Positions 63,983 to 64,000 of a stretch of 64,000 nt of DNA are shown here, one piece after another. How positions within the stretch are numbered: the first letter of the stretch is position 1; each line of letters begins with the position of its first letter. Where the stretch lies: assembly GCF_947568905.1 (NCBI RefSeq), contig NC_079170.1, positions 27,156,001 through 27,220,000 on the forward strand, in the 5' to 3' direction. Under the pieces are notes generated by a model that saw only the letters and a program-made list of their open reading frames with translations, had not been told where the DNA came from and ran no database searches. This stretch comes from Ostrea edulis (lineage: Eukaryota). The translations under genes were made by a program, and so were the position numbers.

Positions 63983-64000
63983 CTGTGGTAAAACAAAAAT

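Larger units (their letters stand above)
54308..64000. repeat. Segmental duplication unit D (paralogous to 37364-52160)
   Basis: Colinear with unit C; runs to the window edge. Confidence 0.93.

Noticed and set aside
1118-64000. Duplications as mis-assembled haplotypes
   Set aside because: Copy-specific insertions, substantial divergence and an older third copy favour real tandem duplication. Not fully excluded without read depth.

Overview
AT-rich eukaryotic (animal) DNA, most likely a bivalve and probably an oyster; this is inferred from the gene family and repeat types, not from a search. The window is a minus-strand tandem cluster of secreted C1q-domain (C1qDC) genes. It holds two complete ORFs (10286-12945, 51745-53657), one intact gC1q exon whose gene runs off the right edge (63584-63982), one copy with a single homopolymer frameshift (27905-29916) and three decayed copies. 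Two nested segmental duplications built it (about 1.1-13.5 kb vs 18.0-30.5 kb, and about 37.4-52.1 kb vs 54.3-64 kb). It is packed with mobile DNA: an IS3EU-like element with 21-bp subterminal arrays, Kolobok-like and Tc1/mariner non-autonomous elements, a truncated Harbinger, many Penelope-like (Naiad-type) RT fragments, SINEs and Helentron-like repeats. The most notable feature is a ~351-355 bp repeat present at four loci that carries a type I hammerhead ribozyme on the minus strand (a retrozyme-like element). One copy places two core-intact ribozymes in the sense orientation inside a C1qDC intron. The paralogues also show an intron phase shift and patchwork sequence exchange. All coordinates were read by hand; repeat-fragment borders are approximate.
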